From Promethearchaeota archaeon (GTDB taxonomy: Archaea; Asgardarchaeota; Lokiarchaeia; Sigyniarchaeales; SOKP01): a stretch of DNA of 24,666 bases. The notes beneath the pieces were generated by a model. That model ran no database searches. It was not told the origin of the DNA and saw only the letters and a list, made by a program, of their open reading frames with translations. The translations under genes and the position numbers were made by a program. Positions within the stretch are counted from its first letter, which is position 1. The number at the start of each line of letters is the position of its first letter. Below, in pieces: positions 1 through 8,817 of this stretch. The stretch is taken from NCBI GenBank assembly GCA_048938445.1, contig JBHLME010000063.1, forward strand, positions 1 through 24,666. The letters run 5' to 3'.

Positions 1-135
1 TAAATAGGATTTGATAGCCCTCAGATCTTAGATTTTATAGTTATTGATTCATAAACTATTTAATTTTAACTAGAAAAAACAAGTGATTTTTTATATTTAG
101 TTTTAATAAACTTAGAAAGGAAATTAAATTTTAAA

Positions 136-738
136 ATGATAATTAATAATTTTGAAAAGACTATAAGTATCAAAATTGTTTATTTTGGACCCGCTCTATC
201 AGGGAAAACTACTTCTTTAAAATTTTTATTTGAACATTTTAATAAGACTCCAGTCTTAAGTATTGAAAATACTTTAAAGAGAACATTATTCTTTGATTAT
301 GGAACCATTTCATTTCAAAATAATCATTGGAAATTAAAGATTCATATTTATAGTACTACTGGTCAAGATTTTTATAAAATAACTCGCCCAATCGTTTTAA
401 ATTCTCTTGATGGAATTTTATTTATTGCAGATTCTTATAAAAAAGCCTATCAACGCAATATTCAATCATGGAATGAATTGCATTATTATTTTCAAGATAT
501 AATAAAGAAACTTCCTATTGTGTTTTGCTTTAACAAGCAAGATCTTCCCAACAAATTCAAATCAATGGATCTTCTAAATGAAATCGGGTTAAATAATTAT
601 GAAAATATCGCAATCGATCACACAATAGCAATCATCGGAGAAGGAATTATACGCTCATTTGAAAAAACAATTAAGCTAATTTTTCAAGATTTAGTAAATA
701 GTAAATTGTTACTTAACAATCAAACATATTTCTCATGA
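136..738 (+). CDS. mglA: MglA-family small GTPase
   Basis: G1 KIVYFGPALSGKTT, switch I RTLFFDY (MglA Arg-Thr signature), G3 STTGQ lacking the canonical Asp as in MglA, LDGILFIADS, G4 NKQD. Confidence 0.9.
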   Translation: MIINNFEKTISIKIVYFGPALSGKTTSLKFLFEHFNKTPVLSIENTLKRTLFFDYGTISFQNNHWKLKIHIYSTTGQDFYKITRPIVLNSLDGILFIADSYKKAYQRNIQSWNELHYYFQDIIKKLPIVFCFNKQDLPNKFKSMDLLNEIGLNNYENIAIDHTIAIIGEGIIRSFEKTIKLIFQDLVNSKLLLNNQTYFS

Positions 739-904
739 TTCAAACCAGATTTGGTATGATTTATTTATAAAGGAAAAATCGATTTCACAAATCCGTAGGG
801 GTAAGCTACTATTTAAACAGATATGGTCATTTTAAGAAAAAGAATTATCTTTTTATAGATAATATTTAAGAAATTAGAAAATTACAAAAAAAAATTGAGA
901 TTAT

Positions 905-1159
905 ATGTCAAATAGCTATTTATTAGAAAATATATCTGATCAAAGAATTTTGCTACCTCCTACCCAATATAAATTATTACGTCTCCTAAAAAATAAAGGT
1001 CCAATGACACGTAGTGAATTAGTAAAGGAATTACAAACAGCACCTACTACAATTTATGATAATCTTGTTAAGTTACAAAAAATAAAACAAATTCAAAAAT
1101 TCACTCAAAATGATGGTAGTATAGGCCGTCCTTTAGTATATTGGAAGCTGACAATCTAA
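905..1159 (+). CDS. Winged helix-turn-helix transcriptional regulator (TrmB/ArsR-like)
   Basis: 84 aa: GPMTRSELVKELQTAPTTIYDNLVKL helix-turn-helix followed by wing GRPLVYW. Confidence 0.85.
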   Translation: MSNSYLLENISDQRILLPPTQYKLLRLLKNKGPMTRSELVKELQTAPTTIYDNLVKLQKIKQIQKFTQNDGSIGRPLVYWKLTI

Positions 1160-1260
1160 TTATTTATTAATCTCTTTTTTTTATTATAAAATGTAATTGA
1201 ATTTGATTTCTTCAAGTTTAGCATTAGCTATATTATTTAAATTGTATCAATTAGATGATT

Positions 1261-1617
1261 CTAAAACTTAAACAATTTATTTTTTCTTCTAAATTTAATT
1301 CCACAATCTCGACAGGTTTTTTGTTTTTTACTGTAAATAACTTTACAGTTGGGGCATTCTTTATTAATAGTCAATAAATGTTTAAAAGTCTTCAAGTCTT
1401 TAGCAGCATAAAGATCATCAGACCATTTCAAAAAATATTCATCATCATAATGGTTTTCTTTAATTTTTTCATAATTAATGATATCAATCAATACTTTCTT
1501 CTCATATGTCTTATTACATTCTAAACATTTTACCTTGGCACCGGTATCTTCAATGTTTATACTTCCACATACAAGACAAGATTCAATTTTGTAGTTTATA
1601 AGGTTTTGGGCTTTCAT
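1261..1617 (-). CDS. Small protein with two zinc ribbons
   Basis: CLVC..CLEC near the N-terminus and CPNC-x10-CRDCG near the C-terminus. Confidence 0.75.
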   Translation of the reverse strand: MKAQNLINYKIESCLVCGSINIEDTGAKVKCLECNKTYEKKVLIDIINYEKIKENHYDDEYFLKWSDDLYAAKDLKTFKHLLTINKECPNCKVIYSKKQKTCRDCGIKFRRKNKLFKF

Positions 1618-1792
1618 TATTTTATAATCCTTTAAATATATTGATAGTAATTGTAGAAGTATCCTTAAAAACCAATCAACTTTTTCTATTTAAATCTATT
1701 AAATTCAATAGTTTTAATTTATTTGAGATAAATATGTTTAAATAAAAAATGTAGATTATATTAATGATAAATTGTTTTTTATTAGATAATTT

Positions 1793-2794
1793 TTAATTTT
1801 TAATGTCAATAAACATCGGTTTTAATACTTTAACATAATGATCCCGAATTGAATATTCCGCTATTTTTGTCCCTTGGGAAATCATCCTTTGAGTTAATAT
1901 TATTTTCTGATCATATTCCTTAGCAATAAGTCTATCAGCTAAATATATAACAGCTCCCATTAAAATAAATGGATTTCTTCCACCTCTCTTCCAGGTTGAT
2001 AATTTGCTCAAGATTTCGCGACATTTTTTTGTAAGAATTACCTTATATTCATCAATAGTCCAAGATATTTGCTTTTTTTTCATTCTCTCAGGTAAGTCGT
2101 TATGATTAGTTGTTTCATTTATTAATCTATTTAAATATGCTTCACTTTTATGAGGTGTTGACCTAGAACTAATATGATGTTTGTATGTTAATCCATCACG
2201 TAAGATAAGTCTAGCACTAACTCTATGACCAAAACTTTGAAAAGCTTTAGCAATTTCATTGATCGTTATGGGAGCATTATGATTTTCTTTTCGAGCTGCA
2301 TAAAAAATACAAAACGCAATTAAGGAAATGTTGTTGATTATCTTTTTTTCATTTTTTAAAATTTTCCTATAGAAATATGCAGCATTATTGCGAATAATCG
2401 TAGTTAGATTGAGGTATTGAGAAATTGAGTTTAGGATGTTAAAAATACGATATTCTGTTTCATGATCTTTTATTCGTAAGAAGTATGCATAGTTTTTTTT
2501 TAACCTTTTAAATAATCTTTGCTTATTAGGATCTAGAAGCTTTCCAGACGTATCTTTTAAATATTTAGATCCGTCAAAATCTATATATGATCCTAAACCT
2601 CCGACATGATCAGTTCTATCTCCTAAAGCAACGTATTGTTTACTTAAATTTCCTTTTTCATTTATATTATTGACTTTATAAGATGAATCACTAAGAATTT
2701 CTTCAACGACTAAACCACAAGTTGAACATATACATTCATAACTATTTTCTATAAGGTGACCATTACATTCAGGACAAGCATTTTTTCGAATCAT
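1793..2794 (-). CDS. tfb: Transcription initiation factor IIB (TFB) family protein, divergent paralog
   Basis: N-terminal Zn ribbon CPEC..CSTCGLVV, GLGSYI linker, two cyclin repeats (LIAFCIFYAAR..PITINEIA; GRNPFILMGAVIYLA) and C-terminal HTH LTQRMIS..EYSIRDHY. Confidence 0.9.
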   Translation of the reverse strand: MIRKNACPECNGHLIENSYECICSTCGLVVEEILSDSSYKVNNINEKGNLSKQYVALGDRTDHVGGLGSYIDFDGSKYLKDTSGKLLDPNKQRLFKRLKKNYAYFLRIKDHETEYRIFNILNSISQYLNLTTIIRNNAAYFYRKILKNEKKIINNISLIAFCIFYAARKENHNAPITINEIAKAFQSFGHRVSARLILRDGLTYKHHISSRSTPHKSEAYLNRLINETTNHNDLPERMKKKQISWTIDEYKVILTKKCREILSKLSTWKRGGRNPFILMGAVIYLADRLIAKEYDQKIILTQRMISQGTKIAEYSIRDHYVKVLKPMFIDIKN

Positions 2795-2981
2795 TTTTAA
2801 TTCACTAATTAAAATAAAACCCCGTTTTAATTATGTATATGACCATAGTACCGTTTTATTTAATTTTTTTAGAAGATTAATTCATTAAAGAGAAGTAGCT
2901 TTACATTAGAATGAAATAATCTTTCTTACAGTAAGAGGGAGGGAGTAAAATAAAAGTAAAATTGAATTTTACAAGAAAGCT

Positions 2982-3440
2982 TCATTTATCATCTAGAATG
3001 ATATCAAAAGTTTCATCAATTTTTGATAACTCATCTACATGTTCCCAATAGAATTTAATATTTTTTAGTTCTACTGTCTCAGATTTTTGTTGTATATCAG
3101 TAATTGTACTAATCGTAATATCCAAAAGATCATGAATTGCTTGTTTTATTTCATCTTGCCTATCTGAAAGTGGAAGGTTTGGAAAAGAATCAAGCACTGC
3201 ATGATATATCTCATCAATATCTCCATTATTTTCAAATTCATCCTTAAGTTCGCTCTTGCAATAATCCCGCTCCTCTTTCAATGTAAAAACAGCAGTATCA
3301 CCTGCCATCCAACCGCAGTTTGTAGAAACAATTTCTAAAATTTTATCGTTGAAAATTTCTGTATTTATTAAAAATTGTTTTAAATCTATTTCGAATACAC
3401 TATCATTAATTTTTTGTGCTTTTTTTAACATTTTTTTCAT
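2982..3440 (-). CDS. Hypothetical acidic protein
   Basis: 152-aa ORF rich in D/E, co-oriented between the Rab-like GTPase and TFB; no motif recognised. Confidence 0.7.
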   Translation of the reverse strand: MKKMLKKAQKINDSVFEIDLKQFLINTEIFNDKILEIVSTNCGWMAGDTAVFTLKEERDYCKSELKDEFENNGDIDEIYHAVLDSFPNLPLSDRQDEIKQAIHDLLDITISTITDIQQKSETVELKNIKFYWEHVDELSKIDETFDIILDDK

Positions 3441-3511
3441 ATTTTATATTTACCTAAAAATATTAAAACTCCTTCTTTTGGATTACTATAGCCAATAATT
3501 AAATAATTTTT

Positions 3512-3522
3512 AAAAAAAAAAA
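3512..3522 (-). terminator. Oligo-T tract, putative archaeal terminator of the Rab-like gene
   Basis: 11 A on the + strand (T11 on -) directly after the stop codon at 3523. Confidence 0.4.
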
Positions 3523-4053
3523 TTAATTATATGCAATCACATGATTTGCAAGAATTTCAAAAGCTTCTGTAACATTTTGTCCCGTTTTTGAAGATGTTTC
3601 GATAAAATTCAAAAAATTGTTTCTATCTATTGTTTTTGGAATGAGAACACTTTTTACTACCGAAATTTCGCTTAGATCAGCTTTTGTTGCTAAAAGGATG
3701 ATAGGTAAATTTTTATTTTGGGTTCTTAATAATTTTACCCAATTATCAATAGCGACAAAACTGGCATAATTTGTTATATCAAATAGTAATAAAGCACCAT
3801 GTGCTCCTTTTAAAGCGATATCTACAATGTATCGAAATCTATCTTGACCACCTAAATCCCATAATTGCATTTTACAGAGTAAATTGGATAATAATATTTC
3901 TTTATGAAAATGTTCAACACCGACAGTCATTTTTGATTTTTCTTCAAAGACTCCTTTAACAAAACGTTTTAGAAGTGTAGTTTTTCCTACGTTTGAGTTT
4001 CCTGCAATAATTATTTTCATAAATTTAGGTATTTGAGTTTGAGTCGTTAACAT
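3523..4053 (-). CDS. Rab/Ras-like small GTPase (Asgard eukaryotic-signature type)
   Basis: G1 GNSNVGKTT, G2 TVGVEH, G3 QLWDLGGQDRFR, G4 TKAD, G5 ETSSK; no C-terminal Cys. The ORF track starts at 4164, but ATG 4053 (MLTTQ) gives a typical 176-aa G domain. Confidence 0.92.
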   Translation of the reverse strand: MLTTQTQIPKFMKIIIAGNSNVGKTTLLKRFVKGVFEEKSKMTVGVEHFHKEILLSNLLCKMQLWDLGGQDRFRYIVDIALKGAHGALLLFDITNYASFVAIDNWVKLLRTQNKNLPIILLATKADLSEISVVKSVLIPKTIDRNNFLNFIETSSKTGQNVTEAFEILANHVIAYN

Positions 4054-4230
4054 CTTTATCATTTTAATGATAATTATTTTTAAACTATATAGAGCAATTT
4101 TTACAAAATAATTGACTGAGTCTGCTGGTTTTCTAAGGTTTTTTTCTTTAAAAATACTCTTCATGTTTTTATTTTTTCTTTAAATATTTACGTAAGATAT
4201 TGCATGTATAACTTTTCTAAGTGATAAATA

Positions 4231-5232
4231 TTGAAAAAATTAAACAAAAATAAAAAAAAAATTCTTATAATTATTGTGATTAGTATTATCTTCACTATGT
4301 TTTCATTAGAATCTTGCTTAAATATACAAGAAATGACTTTTAATGAATCGATTATTGATGCTCCATTAATTCAGAATAGCAATGAACTGCTCATAAATAA
4401 AGTTTACAATTTTACTATAGGGAATAGTTTAAAAAGATTTGAAAACATACCTTTTAAAGAAGAATTTAATTATACCATTCAGTTTAAGATTTTAACGCCT
4501 CATAGTTGTAACATAACAATAACTATAATCGATCCCGAAAACAGTATATATGATGTATTTTATAAGGTTAATTTCAATCATGAAAATGGAAGCTCATTTT
4601 TACATTACGGAGCAGCTGCTACAGGACCACATACTATTATTTTTGATTTAGACATTGATTATAATTTAAATATGTATATCAAAATTGAGGAAACTGTTAA
4701 ATGCTTTTATAACGTGTTTTTATCGCAAGAAATCGATAATATTAAGCAATATGGAATTGCGAAATTTGAGGATTCTACTTCATTAATAAAAAATTTAGTA
4801 CTTGAAACGGATATATCATACAAGCTCTATTTTGCATTGGTATCACCAATAAGTAATAAATTAATAAATCAAGAAATAGACTATGATTTCTACTTAACTG
4901 ATCTAGCTCAAGATATCTTATATGACATTAATTGGAAACATTTACTTCTTACAAATATAGGTGAAGTGTCAAATTTTTCCTTTGGAGTGGCAAACGGGGG
5001 CGTATACATGACGAATTTGACATTACAGTATGATTTAAATCCTGTAAATATTGCATTCGCAATTATATATGACTTTAATATTATTGAAGAGTCAGACGAA
5101 GATGATTCAATTTTAGAAGGATCTAGGTTAAGATTTTCAATACCTGCAGAACTTGTAATAGGAACGATGATAGGATTTGGATGTTTAATATTTATAGCTA
5201 TTGGAATAATTCTTAACAAGCGACTGAGATAG
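4231..5232 (+). CDS. Membrane-anchored cell-surface glycoprotein with two tandem beta-rich domains
   Basis: Basic plus hydrophobic N-terminal signal, seven N-x-S/T sequons, acidic linker, C-terminal TM helix followed by KRLR. Confidence 0.8.
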   Translation: MKKLNKNKKKILIIIVISIIFTMFSLESCLNIQEMTFNESIIDAPLIQNSNELLINKVYNFTIGNSLKRFENIPFKEEFNYTIQFKILTPHSCNITITIIDPENSIYDVFYKVNFNHENGSSFLHYGAAATGPHTIIFDLDIDYNLNMYIKIEETVKCFYNVFLSQEIDNIKQYGIAKFEDSTSLIKNLVLETDISYKLYFALVSPISNKLINQEIDYDFYLTDLAQDILYDINWKHLLLTNIGEVSNFSFGVANGGVYMTNLTLQYDLNPVNIAFAIIYDFNIIEESDEDDSILEGSRLRFSIPAELVIGTMIGFGCLIFIAIGIILNKRLR

Positions 5233-5243
5233 ATTTTCCTTTA

Positions 5244-5265
5244 TTTTTTTTTTAGATTTTTTTTT
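5244..5265 (+). terminator. Oligo-T tracts, putative terminator
   Basis: T10 and T9 runs starting about 12 nt after the stop at 5232. Confidence 0.4.
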
Positions 5266-5355
5266 ATAAAAATTAATTTTTATTCTTTGATCTTTTTCCT
5301 TTAAATATAACGAGATGATGATAATTTAAAATTATTTTTTGGTGATAAGTAAGAG

Positions 5356-5763
5356 TTGACAGGTATGACATTATTACACTTGATTAGATTTATATCTTTT
5401 GAAGTGTATATTGAGAAAAATGAGTTTTCATATATTCTATCTGAAGATCTTCTTAATAAATTATCTAGATATTATAATCATCTCGGTATAAATTTAGAAG
5501 ATTTTCAATTTAAGTGCCTTGAATTTGAAAGATATAGTGCTAAAGATTATATAGATGATGAAGTCTTATGTGAAAATTATTTATCCTTTTGTGCAAATTT
5601 TGAAGAAGCACCAGCTCCAGCATTTTTAATAGTAATATACTTTACTAATAATGTTAAAAAGGTTATTAAAGTCCAAAAGGATGTGATTATAATGAATCTT
5701 GATAATTTAATCACCTATATCGATTTTTTAGTTCTAACTGAAGCCACTGAATATATTAATTAA
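5356..5763 (+). CDS. Hypothetical protein
   Basis: 135-aa ORF (TTG 5356 or ATG 5365), globular composition, followed by T tracts; no motif recognised. Confidence 0.7.
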   Translation: MTGMTLLHLIRFISFEVYIEKNEFSYILSEDLLNKLSRYYNHLGINLEDFQFKCLEFERYSAKDYIDDEVLCENYLSFCANFEEAPAPAFLIVIYFTNNVKKVIKVQKDVIIMNLDNLITYIDFLVLTEATEYIN

Positions 5764-5823
5764 TCGTATTTTTTTTTATTTTTAATTTAATAATCAATTT
5801 TAAAAATTGAAAAAAAAATCATG

Positions 5824-5849
5824 TTTAATGAGATTAAGATTTCATTGAA
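5824..5849. terminator. Imperfect hairpin between convergent genes
   Basis: TTTAATGAGAT-TAAG-ATTTCATTGAA, an 11-bp stem with two G-U pairs, between stops at 5763 (+) and 5907 (-). Confidence 0.25.
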
Positions 5850-5906
5850 AATATTACTTCTATTTTCTTTAATCTCTTTTGCTTTAAATATTAGTTAGAG
5901 GATTAA

Positions 5907-6209
5907 TTAGGGATTAATTATAAAGTGATAAATGACTAAAACGATGAGAATAATTCCAATAATAAAATTTAGCACTGTCAAGAATAAATAGATCACTTTA
6001 AAAATAAAAATGAAATCTAGATTATACTCAACTATGGCAACTCTTAATTTTTCCAAAAAAAAATAGAAAGGTAATAAGATAATCAAATAAAAAATTAATC
6101 CCATGAGAGATACAAATGAATTGGATGATAATATAACGTAAATAAAAATTACAATCATTACTGCAAATAAGAAACTAATGGGAATTAACAATAACTGAAA
6201 TATATTCAA
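5907..6209 (-). CDS. Small integral membrane protein (about 3 TM), coupled to the pilus ATPase gene
   Basis: Three hydrophobic segments in 100 aa; its TTG start overlaps the TGA stop of the ATPase gene (6206-6209). Confidence 0.7.
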   Translation of the reverse strand: MNIFQLLLIPISFLFAVMIVIFIYVILSSNSFVSLMGLIFYLIILLPFYFFLEKLRVAIVEYNLDFIFIFKVIYLFLTVLNFIIGIILIVLVIYHFIINP

Positions 6210-8425
6210 TTCTTAGAAGCTCCTCTCCATTCATTCCAAAATTTATAAGCATCTTCATAAGATATAATTGAATAAAAGAATAATTCATGGAATAAATTTA
6301 CTAAATCATCATTACTAATTTTATCAGAGGTCAGTAAATAATCAAATATTTCTTCATATAATCTGATAAAGCTCTCAAAGCTCTTTTGGTTAATATTTTC
6401 AAATTTTTTAAGTCTATTTATAGTTCTAGTTTCATATAAATTTTTCAATAATTTCCAATCTAAGACTGCAGGATCGAGTAAAAATATTTCTCGATTATGT
6501 TCTCCTACTTGAAAGTGTTTTAAATCAATCTCTGAAACAGACGCAATCCTTCGCTTGTTAAACTCTCTTTTCATGAGAACTAGTAAATCTAAATCATCTA
6601 ATTGCGAATAATTAATCCCAAAAGTATGAATGAATCGATTTATCAGTGAGTCTATCGTATTTGAGTGAATCGTCTGAAATCCTCGCAATCCCGCAGCGAG
6701 ACAATGAAATAAGGCTTGTGCTTCTTCTTTTGTGAGAATTTCACCCAAATAGATCACATCTGGAGTGCGATGCAATAAGGTCTTTATATGATTACTCTTC
6801 GTATATTGACTTCTATCTGAAGATTCTAATGAGTCAGCATGATACTTTAATTGGTGCTTGTTGAATATTAACTGTTCTAAAGACTCAGTGACATTTTCTA
6901 CATATATTTTACGGAAATATTCTGGTAAAATTAAATCAAATGCATTTATTAATGTTGTTTTACCCGTGTCGGTTTCACCGGTTACGGTAATATTAATCCT
7001 TCTTACCATGCAAAAATAAAGAAAAGCAGCCATGAGGGGATTTAATGTCTTATTTTTCAGTAGATCTTGAATGGTTAAGATATTTTTGTTTAACTTTCTA
7101 ATATCGAGAGAAAAACGGGCTACATTAATAGGTCTTACATCAATAGCAAATCTACAATAAAAATACTGGTTTTTAATTACATATTTAAGTACTGGATTTG
7201 AATAGTCTAGCCTCTGTTTACTATATAATCGTAGCAACGTTATGATTCGCTGGATTTCTCTATTTGATAAAGTAATGTCAGTTCGACAACGCCCATACTT
7301 TTGATGATCTAAATAAATTTTACTATCAGGAGAATCTAGAAAAATTTCCTCAATAAAATCATCAATTAAAAGAGGAAAAAGCTTTTCCAATTGAAGGTAC
7401 TTAATTGTTATAAAGAGGATAATTTTATCTTTCTTTAAATTATCCATTTTGCGGTAATTAAGATCAATAATCCTTCGAACCTCATTCTTATACAAATCAA
7501 TTAAGCTTTCAAGGGAAACGGTATCATCAAACCTAAGAACTTGGATTTTCTTTATAACATTCTCAGATAACTTATCATAATATGACTCATCTCCTTGTAA
7601 TTGATGAGCTAGCAAAAATTTATATTTCTTTTCCGTTTTCCTTTTTATATCAGAAATATGAATTTGATATAATTCTCCAAGCTGATAGGTTTCTATAATA
7701 TTATACTTCGGCTCTTTCTGTATCTTCTTATCTAATGAAAAATTAATTAAATCTGATGAATGGGTCTTGGTTATTAAATATTCATAATAATAACGAGAAT
7801 CTTTAAATAATGAACTTTCATCCTGAAATTTATTATAATCTTGTATTAATATGCTTGAATTAAAAATATTTAATAATTTAATGAAAATTTTAAGAAGTTT
7901 TTCTTGACATATAATACATTCAGAATCATTAGGATGTTTTTTTTTACATTCTTTAAAAGCATCCTTAATTTTTAAATAAGCTTTAATTGGATCAAGGAGA
8001 TCATTTTTATCAAGTAATAAAATTTCGTTGTAGTTCTTAAATAGTTTGCAACCAAAATCTTGAGTATATCTACATTTTTCTTTAAATAATAATAAGTTTT
8101 TTTGTAACTTTTTAATGCTTTCAAGTTTTTTAAAAAAATCACAAATCGAATTAGTTACATAAGAGCTAATTGATGAATCAAGAGCCTCAATATGTACATC
8201 ATCAAATTTTTTTGCTAAATTATGCAATATATTATCGAAAACACATTGATAGCACGACTCATTCTTTAGAAATTTTTTTGAGAAATCAGGACAAATTCTG
8301 CACTCAATTGTTAATACTCTTCTCTTGCCCCCTTCGAGTACCTTTTTTGTTTGAATTATTCCTTTCTTACTATAATTATCAATCATTTTTTTAATAGTTC
8401 TATTGTTTTTTCTATTCAAAAGCAA
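6206..8425 (-). CDS. Type IV pilus / type II-IV secretion assembly ATPase (VirB11/TadA/FlaI family) with Cys-rich N-terminal extension
   Basis: FIEEIFLD..IYLDHQKYGRC, LDIRK, Walker A GETDTGKTT (6953-6979), Asp box VENVTE, Walker B PDVIYLGEI, His box TIHS; start may be ATG 8386. Confidence 0.93.
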   Translation of the reverse strand: MLLNRKNNRTIKKMIDNYSKKGIIQTKKVLEGGKRRVLTIECRICPDFSKKFLKNESCYQCVFDNILHNLAKKFDDVHIEALDSSISSYVTNSICDFFKKLESIKKLQKNLLLFKEKCRYTQDFGCKLFKNYNEILLLDKNDLLDPIKAYLKIKDAFKECKKKHPNDSECIICQEKLLKIFIKLLNIFNSSILIQDYNKFQDESSLFKDSRYYYEYLITKTHSSDLINFSLDKKIQKEPKYNIIETYQLGELYQIHISDIKRKTEKKYKFLLAHQLQGDESYYDKLSENVIKKIQVLRFDDTVSLESLIDLYKNEVRRIIDLNYRKMDNLKKDKIILFITIKYLQLEKLFPLLIDDFIEEIFLDSPDSKIYLDHQKYGRCRTDITLSNREIQRIITLLRLYSKQRLDYSNPVLKYVIKNQYFYCRFAIDVRPINVARFSLDIRKLNKNILTIQDLLKNKTLNPLMAAFLYFCMVRRINITVTGETDTGKTTLINAFDLILPEYFRKIYVENVTESLEQLIFNKHQLKYHADSLESSDRSQYTKSNHIKTLLHRTPDVIYLGEILTKEEAQALFHCLAAGLRGFQTIHSNTIDSLINRFIHTFGINYSQLDDLDLLVLMKREFNKRRIASVSEIDLKHFQVGEHNREIFLLDPAVLDWKLLKNLYETRTINRLKKFENINQKSFESFIRLYEEIFDYLLTSDKISNDDLVNLFHELFFYSIISYEDAYKFWNEWRGASKN

Positions 8426-8448
8426 GGAAATTATTTATCCAATATACT

Positions 8449-8718
8449 TTAAGCATCTTTGTCATTTTTAATATAATTTGATGTAAAAATTTCGATTTTT
8501 AGTGGATGCTTTAATTGATCTTGCTGATTGAATAAATGAAAGAATAATGAATTATAACTACTTGAATTTTGTTCTTCTTGTTCATTTTCCTCTTCCCAAT
8601 CATTAACATAATCCCTATAGTCATTGATTTCTGTAAAGATAGGTATTGCCCAAAATAGAAATGAAGATAGAATAATTAGCCCTACTAATATTAATAATAT
8701 TTTTTCAAGAGTTTCCAT
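8449..8718 (-). CDS. Single-TM pilin-like protein (putative minor pilin)
   Basis: From ATG 8718: METLEKILLILVGLIILSSFLFWAIPIF, Glu at +5 then a hydrophobic helix; directly upstream of the assembly ATPase. The ORF track start is 8754. Confidence 0.55.
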   Translation of the reverse strand: METLEKILLILVGLIILSSFLFWAIPIFTEINDYRDYVNDWEEENEQEEQNSSSYNSLFFHLFNQQDQLKHPLKIEIFTSNYIKNDKDA

Positions 8719-8817
8719 GTAATAAATTTTAAAATGAATAATATAAACCCTCATCTTTTTAAGATTTGGATTTTATACATTATTCATCAGATTGAATGCT
8801 TGGAAATATATTATCAA

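Noticed and set aside
736-2984. Selenocysteine read-through of TGA stops (MglA at 736-738; the 152-aa gene at 2982-2984)
   Set aside because: Read-through gives only short featureless extensions, the proteins are not redox families, and no convincing SECIS was seen
4054-4164. 37-aa N-terminal extension of the Rab-like GTPase
   Set aside because: Runs through the AT-rich divergent promoter region; ATG 4053 gives a normal-length G domain
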